DNA of 64,000 nt from Octopus sinensis (Eukaryota). The DNA is taken from NCBI RefSeq assembly GCF_006345805.1, contig NC_042997.1, positions 137,578,001 through 137,642,000 of the forward strand. The letters are read 5' to 3'. Shown here piece after piece: positions 39,876 to 51,581 of the stretch (the first letter of the stretch is position 1; every line of letters starts with the position of its first letter). Below the pieces are notes generated by a model. The model was given only the letters and a program-made list of their open reading frames with translations. It ran no database searches and was not told the origin of the DNA. Both the position numbers and the translations under genes were made by a program.

Positions 39876-40079
39876 TATCTGTAAATATAATATGTGACAA
39901 TTATTCGATGGATGGATAACTGAAGAGATGGCAGCGTGGATTTCCACCTCAGTATCCGAAACTCAGAGTTTTATCTTGGCTACCGAATAATTGTCACATA
40001 TTACATTTACAGATAATTTCTTCTATTTACATAATATCGAGGTCTCCTTCTTTCTTTTGTGATCTTACTGTTTTTATCA
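39876..40079 (+). mobile_element. Short Penelope-like element with a 5' inversion and a hammerhead
   Basis: 32-bp inverted repeat (39876-39907 and 39984-40015, one mismatch) plus a one-sided ~64-bp 3' extension; TA flanks. Confidence 0.7.
39915..39975 (+). ncRNA. Type I hammerhead ribozyme candidate (imperfect stem II)
   Basis: Stem I gataa/ttatc; CTGAAGA 39920-26; stem II includes gtgg/ccac; GAAA 39958-61; stem III ACT/AGT; triplet GUU. Confidence 0.55.
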
Positions 40080-40087
40080 ATATATAT

Positions 40088-40847
40088 ATAAGAAATATTG
40101 AATTTCTAAATCTCTCGTAGAGACATGTACGGTGGTGGGGCGATAGAATGGTTGTATACTGTCAATCTAACAAGAACGTGACAGTAGGGGGTACACCACC
40201 ACTGTATAGCCCTAGGAAGCATTGAACGCCTCCTGATGGCTTTGACACATTTTTTCCCTGTGTCCTTATATACATATACGAAGGGGAGACAAACACCCCC
40301 GGCTGCCGAAACTGCATCTAGGGACACGTGTTTCAGGATCGTTGTCCTTCATCGGCCTAGAGTAGCAGACACCGGTCAACCGGTGATATTTGTCTCGACT
40401 TCGTAATAGTATATATCTATACTCAGTGAAGTCTATTCACTGATTATCAAAATAAGAAATATTGAATTTCTAAATCTCTCGTAGAGACATGTACGGTGGT
40501 GGGGTGATAGAATGGTTGTATACTGTCAATCTAACAAGAACGTGACAGTAGGGGGTACACCACCGCTGTATAGCCCTAGGAAGCATCGAATGCCTCCTGA
40601 TGGCTTTGACACATTTTTTCCCTGTGTCCTTATATACATATACGAAGGGGAGACAACGATCCTGAAACACGTGTCCCTAGATGCAGTTTCGGCAGCCGGG
40701 GGTGTTTGTCTCCCCTTCGTATATGTATATAAGGACACAGGGAAAAAATGTGTCAAAGCCATCAGGAGGCGTTCGATGCTTCCTAGGGCTATACAGCGGT
40801 GGTGTACCCCCTACTGTCACGTTCTTGTTAGATTGACAGTATACAAC

Positions 40848-40855
<8 letters not shown>
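40088..40855 (-). mobile_element. Retrozyme/Penelope-like element: 364-nt tandem unit (about 1.56 copies) plus an inverted 5' segment
   Basis: 40088-40292 is repeated at 40452-40656 (period 364); 40652-40855 is the reverse complement of ~40143-40346; TA flanks. Confidence 0.85.
40318..40360 (-). ncRNA. Minimal type I hammerhead ribozyme (43 nt, variant core CCGAUGA)
   Basis: Minus strand: ctagg CCGATGA agga-caacga-tcct GAAA C-acgt-G TC cctag. Stems I and II are perfect; stem III is palindromic; triplet GUC. Confidence 0.75.
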
Positions 40856-40880
<25 letters not shown>

Positions 40881-40888
<8 letters not shown>

Positions 40889-41681
40889 TATGATGGGCTT
40901 CTTTCAATCTCTGTCTACCAGATCCAGTTACAAGGATTTGGTCTGCCCAAAGCTATAGTAGAAGACACTTGCCCAAGGTGCCACACTGTGGGACTGAACC
41001 TGAACCATGTGGTTGGGAAGCAAGCTTCTTACCACACAGCCATGCATGATTAATTCAAAACAACGTGAATAAAGGTCTATTACATTAGACAGAGTTATGT
41101 GAATGTTAAAAGGTTAAAGTGGAGTACTAATTGTTAATATGTGACTTTGACTCATGTGTTTGGTCATGGAGTTTACATCTTAATCTTCAATGCTAGCAGT
41201 GGTTATTCATGCAGTCCCTAACATTTATAGTAAGGTCTCACATATGTAATACAGGGATTTGAAAATCTTCAGTTAACTATGCAATTAGTAGAACAAAAAC
41301 TTCCTCCATAGATACATAGAATAAAGAATGCTACCTCAAGACATTTTACCCCCAGGAATATTGATGATATTTATAATAAGCATCATGTTCTCTCTATTTC
41401 CATAAATATTGAACATACTTAGTCTTGCCGACTAAGAAAAATATATTTCATTGATAAAGTCTAAGACTGAAATACATCTATTATTTTCACTAATTTGTTT
41501 TAAAAGTCAGATCTATATAAGCATGGCTGTGTGATTCAGAAGTTTGCTTCTCAGCCTTGTGTTTTTGGGTTCAGTCTCGCTGCATGACCTTTTATATAAG
41601 TATCTTCTACTAACCCTGGGCCATCAAAGCTTTGTGAGTGGATTTGGTAAACAGAAACTGAAAGAAATCCTATGATGTGTA

Positions 41682-41717
<36 letters not shown>

Positions 41718-42802
41718 AAATATTATTGGTGAATTGAAGAAATGGAGCTGAACGAAGATTGAACAGAAATCGTTTTATTTCATTTAAAATTCACCAATAA
41801 TATTTTAATTTCAATTATCCGCACCAACGCACGGTTGCAACACCATATGGTTGTACCTCCAACCGTGCTGTCTTCTGCTGTGATTTTTGCTACCAAGGTA
41901 TCGGTTAAACTTTTGATTAATCTGCTACAAGATTATTCATCTTTCTATTTCACATATATATATATATATATTATATATATATATATATATTATATATATA
42001 TATAAATATATGATGGGCTTCTTTCAATCTCTGTCTACCAGATCCAGTTACAAGGATTTGGTCTGCCCAAAGCTATAGTAGAAGACACTTGCCCAAGGTG
42101 CCACACTGTGGGACTGAACCTGAACCATGTGGTTGGGAAGCAAGCTTCTTACCACACAGCCATGCATGATTAATTCAAAACAACGTGAATAAAGGTCTAT
42201 TACATTAGACAGAGTTATGTGAATGTTAAAAGGTTAAAGTGGAGTACTAATTGTTAATATGTGACTTTGACTCATGTGTTTGGTCATGGAGTTTACAATC
42301 TTAATCTTCAATGCTAGCAGTGGTTATTCATGCAGTCCCTAACATTTATAGTAAGGTCTCACATATGTAATACAGGGATTTGAAAATCTTCAGTTAACTA
42401 TGCAATTAGTAGAACAAAAACTTCCTCCATAGATACATAGAATAAAGAATGCTACCTCAAGACATTTTACCCCCAGGAATATTGATGATATTTATAATAA
42501 GCATCATGTTCTCTCTATTTCCATAAATATTGAACATACTTAGTCTTGCCGACTAAGAAAAATATATTTCATTGATAAAGTCTAAGACTGAAATACATCT
42601 ATTATTTTCACTAATTTGTTTTAAAAGTCAGATCTATATAAGCATGGCTGTGTGATTCAGAAGTTTGCTTCTCAGCCTTGTGTTTTTGGGTTCAGTCTCG
42701 CTGCATGACCTTTTATATAAGTATCTTCTACTAACCCTGGGCCATCAAAGCTTTGTGAGTGGATTTGGTAAACAGAAACTGAAAGAAATCCTATGATGTG
42801 TA

Positions 42803-42836
<34 letters not shown>

Positions 42837-43072
42837 AAATATTATTGGTGAATTGAAGAAATGGAGCTGAACGAAGATTGAACAGAAATCGTTTTATTTC
42901 ATTTAAAATTCACCAATAATATTTTAATTTCAATTATCCGCACCAACGCACGGTTGCAACACCATATGGTTGTACCTCCAACCGTGCTGTCTTCTGCTGT
43001 GATTTTTGCTACCAAGGTATCGGTTAAACTTTTGATTAATCTGCTACAAGATTATTCATCTTTCTATTTCAC

Positions 43073-43073
<1 letters not shown>
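40881..43073. repeat. Near-identical tandem duplication, period ~1120 bp
   Basis: 40881-41954 matches 42001-43073; I found only a 1-bp indel and one TG unit of difference. Confidence 0.9.
41716..41953. mobile_element. Inverted-repeat element with one-sided extension, in a (TA)n tract (duplicated at 42835-43072)
   Basis: Perfect 20-bp inverted repeat (41716-41735 and 41788-41807) plus a ~145-bp right extension; CpG-rich; TA flanks. Confidence 0.6.
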
Positions 43074-43112
<39 letters not shown>

Positions 43113-43679
43113 GTAAATGAAAGCAATATACGCGAATTTTAATTACTGATCATGACAATTGTTTTGACACATCCAGCATTGATCCCTTGTGTGTGGGACA
43201 TTCAACAACTGGTTCAGGAGCATCTGGCAGTGCAGATGTGTCTCATCATGTGACAGATAGATACAACTTGTTAAAATAACAGTTCTGTAATGCATCTTCT
43301 CATTTTGTAGAAAGAAAAGCAGCAAAACAAAGGAAATATCTTCATTTACATAGAAGATTAAAAATAACATCGCAGATGCAAATAAGAAACGAACATGCAA
43401 TACAGCAAGAAAAGTATTAAAAATAACTTTTAACAGATATTGATGTATAAACGCCCTTGCGCAAGTTGCATGGTGCATGAACACTCGCTCATACAAGCAT
43501 CCATGAAAATGTAAGCATACGCACATGTGTGGTTTGGTGCACTCACAATCACAAAGCGAGTTAAATAGCTACTTGGTGTTTATAAGACTAGAGAGGTTGA
43601 AGCTAAACTTAATTCATGCATACCTTAAAGTAAATTATGTTTACAATTACTCAAATTTATCCCCACTGCATATATAATC

Positions 43680-43920
43680 ATCATCATCATCATCATCATC
43701 ATTTAATGTCCGTTTTCCATGCTGGCATAGATTGGACAGTTCGACCAGAGCTGGCAGACTGGGGAGCTGCACCAGACTCCTGTCTGATTTGGCATGATTT
43801 CTATGGCTGGGTGCTCTTTCTAATGCCAACTACTTCACCGATTGCTGGGTGCTTTTACATGGTACTGCACAGGTGCTTTTATGTGGCACTGCATGGGCAC
43901 TTTTATGCAGCACCACCATG
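43680..43920 (-). mobile_element. SINE family C
   Basis: (CAT)n followed by tttaatgtccgttttccatgctggc. Confidence 0.75.
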
Positions 43921-44714
43921 AGTTCTTTACACCATCAGATGGACTGGTCTTATATATATTCATAAAATGTGTGTGGCAGGGTGAATATTTGTGTCTCTTT
44001 GTCTTGACATCTTGTGATAAACAAATGTCCTAATTATACAAGTGAAATCTCTCGTTTCCAGTCTTTTATGAAAAGATGTCCAACCATAGGGCAATATTAC
44101 TTTGCTAAGACACAGGTGAAAGTTGGCAACAGGAAGGGTATCAAGCAATAGAAGGCCATTTTTAGGAGAGCTCAGTCAATTGAATTAATTCCAATATATG
44201 ACTGATACTTATTTTATTGAGCCTTGTTAAAGGAAAGGCAAACATGACCCTAGCAAGATTTAATAGGACTTGCTTGCAGCTGCTTGCTTCATACTCTTGC
44301 TTGGTGAGGCTGAGGTCATCCCAGGTTAGTGGTCTCAGAGACATCATCATGTGTAGAGCCAACCAGATCCACCAGTGCTCTCCATCACTGGCAGCCCCAG
44401 GTGATGTTGAGTCTCTGGAAATCTTCCTCAATCACACCCAGTCACCTGGGATTTGAATATCACAAATATCACTGGAGTACTGACTGTGCTGACTACTGCC
44501 CTCAATTTATTGAATGTTTTTCTGAAAGGATGCTTTTTTTTTTGTAGGTAATAAACTGAGTAGTATCTCAGCTTATAGAAAAAGTTTTCTTCTGGGTAAT
44601 AGATGTTCACATTAGGTTAGGGATGTAAACAGTAATTTACTTTTGAATGGGTTATTAATTGTGATGATAAAAGTGTCTTATAGTTGATAGGGAGTATTTA
44701 TTACTAAATTGATT

Positions 44715-44925
44715 TTAAATTTTGGCACGAAGCCAGCAATTTCAGGGGAGGGGATAAGTCAATTACATCAACCCCAGTGTTTAACTGGTATTTATTTCAT
44801 TGACCTTGAAAGGATGAAAAGCAAAGTTAGCCACAGCTGAATTTGAACTTGAAACGTAGAGATGGACAAAATGCCATTTAGCATTTTGCCTAGTGCAGTA
44901 ACAATTCTGGCTGCTCACTGCTTTA
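44715..44925 (-). mobile_element. SINE family A
   Basis: Reverse complement of family A. Confidence 0.75.
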
Positions 44926-45289
44926 ATATTGGTTACTGTATTAAAGGGTAATAGTGGCAAGTAAGATAATAGGAGGTAGTAGTTCTGACCTCTGTGTATA
45001 GGTGATATAAGTATTAAATATATTTACGGTGGATAGTGGGAAAATTTATTGTGAATAATTTAGCAAAACACAGTTTTGGGGTTACAGATATAGCCACAGA
45101 CTGATTTTTAGCCAGCATTGAGGTTTACTTTTAGGTTAAATATACACACTCGGGTGCTTTACTGGTTCAGCTTGTGTAAAGGAAATAAGTGACACATTTT
45201 ATAGTGGAGAATGGTAAAGTGTTTTGTAGTTGTTAAAACAGATAACTGGCTAGTTGTTTCAGGGTGGGTTCTAAACTTAAATCATCATC

Positions 45290-45600
45290 ATTGTCATCAT
45301 CGTCATTGTTTTATATCAGTTTTTCCATGCTTGCATAGGTTGGATAGGTTCTTTCCAACATAGTGTTTTACTATTTGTTGTGTTTTCTTTGTCATCTTCT
45401 CCTTAAAGTTAGACATCTTGAGGTAAGCTTTTATCACTTCTGCTCATGTCTTCCTTAGTTTTCCTCTTTTACAGTTTCCTTTGACATGGATATCCTGGCA
45501 TTTCTTTACCCATCTATTGTCCTTCACATGCATCACATGTTTGTATGAATGCAGTCCTTGTTCTTGCACACTCCAACCAATTCCTGTTATATCTAATCTA
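45290..45600 (-). mobile_element. RTE-clade LINE 3' end
   Basis: Minus strand: HVMHVKDNRWVKKCQDIHVKGNCKRGKLRKT*, resembling the RTE C-terminus, followed by a (GAT)n-type tail. Confidence 0.65.
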
Positions 45601-47429
45601 AATGTAAATGGTAAAGTATTTTATGATTAGTGATAATCTCAGGTGTTTTAAATCTTACTTTAGCATGATGACAGTTGAAGTGCTAGCAGTAATAACAAAC
45701 AGGAATGGAATAAAGTCACATTATTTTCTGGTAGTTAAAACAGATGAGGTTGGTAATGGAGTACTAGATGCTTCTTACTATCTTTACAGTATTGCTTTTT
45801 CACAGCTTTGAGTTTAGATTTGATTAGATACTAACTTTTCTCTTTCTAGTTTTGATAAAATACATACATACCAGTAGTATACAAGGGTTAAATTAGTTGA
45901 TGATCTCCTGTGTCTGTTTAATGAAGCTGTTTTAAGAGTTTAACAATGATAGAAGAAAAGTAAGAAAAGCTTTTAGAAAGTTAGTAAGCATTTTTAAATG
46001 GAAATGTAATTAAGAAAACTAATGCACTTCATTGGTTAGAAGAGAGCCCTACAAGTAACTTACATAGTGTTGTTTGGCAGCAAAAGATATAGTAAATGCG
46101 ATTACTAGAAGAGGAAGTTAAGAAATCACAACTACTATTGAAATTTTAACTGCATGAATATAGTTATATTATTAACTAAACTTGAACAGTTTACCTCCGA
46201 ATGCTCACTATATGAAAGGAAGCATTTTATCAAAGCAGATCCCATATTTTCAATGTGTATGGTGGATGATATATTTTTCAAATGTTCTGTCTATCTCTGT
46301 GATATGTTGTGCAGTTACTGCAATAGTTATTCCTGTTAGTAATATTACTGTTGCTTCAGTCAGCTTTAATGATCAGCAAGATTACCCCTAACCCCTTCTT
46401 TATTTTTTGTTTTTCTAATTTTTTCTTATAATGTTTTTTGTTTCTTTGTTTTTCTATTAGCATCATTAGTATTTCTACCGTGTGCGCATGTTTAATAAAA
46501 TGGGACTTGCTACTGTTGCTATTACTATTACTACTGTCATGTCTTTTATTCCCACAACCACCCTACTGTCACCGCTTGTTCCTTGTTTCTCTCTCTCTCT
46601 CTTCAATTCTTTTTCTCTCTTCAACTCTCTCTCTATCATAGCTGCCACTTGTTCTGTATTGATTTTAGCAAATGTGTCCATAGCAACAGTATGGAATCAG
46701 TACATTACAACACACAACAGTTGATTGAGCCATAATAGAGATGACTAGATGGGGATATATTTAGCCGATTCCTTCTTTAATATCTTGCGTCAACAACCAG
46801 CTGTAAACACGGCAGCACATTCAACGGTGGATCGTTTCTTACAGAAGGCAGAGGAAGAATAACGGCAACATACTCAGTAAAAACAAAAGAAGGATTAAAA
46901 CACTGTTTACACCCAACAAAATGAAGTATGATTTGCATCTTCCACTGAATTCCTTATTTTAAAATTATTTTTTTATTGAATCCAACAACATCTCTATGTA
47001 GTCACTTAGATTTAAAATTTAACAGCCGTCACATACCTGTTGATAGGTGAGTTTCTAACTATTTTTCATTTAATTATCTTGAGAATTTAAATGTTTTCAT
47101 TTATGTTGACAGAGATAACTTTTTATTTGCTATCTAAAAAAAATGTATTAAGTAATTCTCTCAATTTATAATTGTGGAAACTGACTTTAGAAAATATTTT
47201 ATTACTCATCTACTTGTTGAATTTTATGCAATTCACACATTTATTTCACGAGATGTTTGAATTTTATTTAAATGGTGAGCTACCAACAGGATGCAGTGAT
47301 GATAATTCTCTTAGATGGAGAATTCAAATTTAATTCTTAACATGCGAGTTTAAATTACAATCTTAGAAACCTATGACTCACTTTCTTTTCCCCTATTCAT
47401 TCCCTCTCTCCTTTATTCACCCTTTCCCT

Positions 47430-47562
47430 TTCACACAAACATCTCTCTCTCTCTCTCTCACACTGCTCTCTACTTTTCTCACAGTTTTTCTTTCTCTTTC
47501 TCCCTCTGTGTCTCTCTTTCTCACACACTGCTCTCTTTCTCTCTCTCTCACACACACTGCTT

Positions 47563-47595
<33 letters not shown>

Positions 47596-47830
47596 TACAC
47601 ACACTGCTGTCTCTGTCTCTCTCTCACACATACACACACTGCTCTCTCTCTTTCTCATACATACACACTGCTGTCTCTCTTTCTCATACACACACACTGC
47701 TGTCTCTCTCTCTCTGTCTCTCTCTCCCTCTCTCTCTCTCTCTCTCACACACACACTGCTGTCTTTCTCTCACATGCTCCTCTCTTTCCTTCTTTCTGTC
47801 TTTCACACACATACAACTCTCTCTCACCAC
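47430..47830. repeat. CT/CA-rich degenerate minisatellite (recurrent cacacactgctc unit)
   Basis: Directly visible. Confidence 0.9.
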
Positions 47831-48549
47831 ACAACATAGCATATTCAGGGTCCAGGCTACAGATGTAATGATTTTAATCATATACATGTAGTCATACCTT
47901 TAAATATATTTTGATTTATATACCTATCTTTCTGTGTATTTATGTATACATTACCTAAGTGTCAAGTACACACATACATACATCCACCCACATATATACA
48001 CACCCACACTTGCTTTTGCTTCTCTATTTTAACTCCTCCCATCAACTATGTTATCATCCCCACCTCCGTATTACTTCTCTACCAATCAACTTTGACATGA
48101 CTGCACAGTTATCCTCACCTACTTATCAACTCTCCACCAATCAACTCTTATTCTTACTTCATACCAGTATACTCATAACTATTGAAGAGTATTTATATAA
48201 TTTATTCTTTAGTTGAATATCACAAACTATTGTGAATGTTTACTTGATAATGCACCATATTCTTTTATAATCTCCTTCTGAAGATGGCCACAGGTGCAGC
48301 TGAAAGTTTGAAATTACATATTTCGTTTCCTATGTCTTTCTCTTAATTAGCATGCAGTTACTTATGAATATGTAAAACTCAGTATAACTTTAAAATTCAT
48401 ACATTTGCATGAGTGTGGGGAGTGGGTAGGGTATGCTGGACATTCATTGTTATGAAACAAGGAAGACTATTCAATCAAATAATACATTAATGATTACGAT
48501 GTTCAGTTGATGCATTTGCTTGGAGTTCATTTTATTTGCATTCCCTAGT

Positions 48550-48722
<173 letters not shown>

Positions 48723-48948
48723 CTGCTTTGGGAACAGTGGATCTCGAAGTGTATAGAGCTATAAATAACAGTATATAAATATTGTTTTTTTGGTAGCCCT
48801 CAACTTTTTCTAGCCACAAAGTATTTTCCAACCCAATATTTATGTTACTATCTATTGTTTTATGTGCTTCAAGATCCACTGTCCTAAAAACAGAATTATT
48901 TTATCTTATCTTGAAAGTTTATAAATTCATATGACATCAACTATATAT

Positions 48949-48992
<44 letters not shown>

Positions 48993-49646
48993 AACAAACA
49001 CATATACACACACACATATATATATGTGCGTGTGTGTGTATAATATATATATATATAGGCACAGGTGTGGTAAGAAGCCTACTCCTCAGTCACATGGTTC
49101 CAGGTTCATTTCCACAGCGTGGCACCTTGGACAAGTGTCTTCTACTATAACCTCAGGATATAGATAGAAGCTGAAAGAAGCCTGTGATATACATATATAT
49201 TTGTGTGTGTGTGTGTGTGTGTGATAATTATTATCATATCAATAATCAATAAATTACATAAGGATTCCTCATATTGGTACAAAGCCACCAATTTGTTTGG
49301 TAGTAGGAGTAATCAACTGAATGAACCCCATTATATTTATTACTTTATTGTCCCCAGAGGAATGAAGAGAAAGTTAAAATCCCTGAAGTTTGGACTTAGA
49401 GCATAAAATGTTATGAGTAAAAACTGCAAACCACAACAATTCTTTCTATCAAATATAATTTTTAAAAAATCACCTAAAACTACTATAATAAATAAAAGAA
49501 TGTAATTGTAGTAAGTAATGTTACAGATTTAATCCATTATTTTACTCTTCATCTTCACTGGTATGTTTGATAAAATTTTTGAAAAATGGATAAATATTTG
49601 TCAATGTTATTATTCGAAGTAACAACCAACAACCTTAAATAATATA

Positions 49647-49729
<83 letters not shown>

Positions 49730-49731
<2 letters not shown>

Positions 49732-49954
49732 GACCTGGCAGACACGTTAGCATGCCGGGCGAAATGCGTAGCCGTATTTCTTCTGCCGTTACGTTCTGGG
49801 TTGAAATTTTGCAGAGGTCGACTTTGCCTTTCATCCTTTCGGGGTCGATAAATTAAGTACCAGTTACGCACTGGGGTAGATGTAATCGACTTAATCCATT
49901 TGTCTGTCTTTGTTTGTCCCCTCTGTGTTTATCCCCTTGTGGGTAGTAAAGAAA
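49730..49954 (+). mobile_element. SINE family A (CpG-rich, young)
   Basis: Close match to 31331-31565. Confidence 0.85.
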
Positions 49955-50000
49955 TATATATATATGTATATACATATACATACATATATATATATAATAT

Positions 50001-50032
<32 letters not shown>

Positions 50033-50069
50033 ATATATATATGTATATACATATATATGTATATATATT

Positions 50070-50680
50070 TATATCATCATTATTTAACATCTGTTTTCCA
50101 TGCTGGCATGTGTTCGATGGTTTGATAGGAGCTGGCCAGCCGGGGAGCTGCCCAGACTTCAAATTGTCTGTTGTGGCATGCTTTCTACAGCTGGATGCCC
50201 TTCCTAATGCTAACCACTTTACAGAGTGTGCTGGATGCTTTTTATGTGCTACAGGTATGGGTGCATTAGGTATGGGTGCATTTATGCAGTGCTAGCACAA
50301 GTGCATTTTATGTGGTACTGGCATCTGTAAGGGACAAGACTGTATATATGGGTGACAGTGATTTTACTTGGCTTGACACATCTTCTCAAGTACAGCAAAT
50401 TGCCACAATTCTCAGCTCCTTTTCATTTCCTCAGTGAGGCCCAGTGTCTGAAGATCTTTTCTCACCACTTCATCCCATACCTTCTGGGGTCAACTCCTTC
50501 ACAGGCTCCCTCCACAATTAGAGCTTAGCACTTCTTTATGCAGCTGTCCTCATCCATATGTATCATGTGACTGTACCAGCGCAGTCTTCTTTTGCACACA
50601 ACATCTGATGTCTCTTATACCCAGTTTTCTTCAACACTTTGGTAGCTGTGATGCTATATATGTATTGTAAAAACAAAATG
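50070..50680 (-). mobile_element. SINE family C / RTE 3' fragment
   Basis: Similarity to 19965-20350 and 8530-8815. Confidence 0.7.
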
Positions 50681-51229
50681 CTTGGCATTTCATCAGTTTG
50701 ATGCGATGATTTAGAATAAAATACTTGAAAACAAGTAAAGATTGGTGTCAGGAAGTGCATCCGACGGTAGAATATAGTTTCAAGAAGTCTCATTTAACCC
50801 ATTGCAGTATAGAAAATTGCTGACATAAAATATGATGATGACGACACAACATACACACACACACACACATATGCAAACGTGTGTACGAGTGCATATGTAT
50901 ATGTGTGCATGCACACACACAGAGTACTCAGTGTATATAGTAGAATTTACCTAGAAGCAGCTTTGGAAATTATTTGAACAGTTGCCAGAAAGTATGAGTA
51001 GTGATGGAATGACTAATTGGTTGTTTTCATATATATATATATATATATACACACACATACATATATATATATATGGAAACTAGATGCGTATATATGGATC
51101 TTGCAAGGTACATCTTATTTTGTCTTGAGATATTTGTTCACTGAAAATACTCTACAACCACTGTCTATGTGACATAAATAGAGGAGGAATCTGTTATACT
51201 TCGTTTTTGTATCTGGTTACATCCATATA

Positions 51230-51470
51230 TAAAGGGTCATGAATGACCTTGGGATTGCACCTAGAAAGTTACCCTTCAAGGAACAAGTTCAGGCAAGGTT
51301 GTCTATGGATGACCAGCAGTAGCCCAAGCATACCAGCCTTCCCTCTACATGCCACTGAGTGAACTGGAGCAATGTGAAATGTCTTGCTCAAGAACACAAC
51401 ACACAGCTTGGTCAAGGAATTGAACTCACTACCTTATGATTGTGATCCCTACACTCAAGCCACTGAGCCA
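51230..51470 (-). mobile_element. SINE family D
   Basis: Reverse similarity to 20360-20665. Confidence 0.65.
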
Positions 51471-51519
51471 TAGGTGTGTGTGTGTGTATTTGTGTGTGTG
51501 GGTGTTTGTGCATGTGTGT

Positions 51520-51581
<62 letters not shown>

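Larger units (their letters stand above)
39635..41045 (-). mobile_element. SINE family B, split by two hammerhead-bearing insertions in its (TA)n tract
   Basis: The SINE 3' half (39635-39870) and 5' half (40885-41045) flank the insertions. Confidence 0.8.

Noticed and set aside
44162-44547. Overlapping 72-89 aa ORFs
   Set aside because: Explained by a decayed RTE C-terminus on the minus strand (VIEEDFQRLNITWG…WRALVDLVGST).
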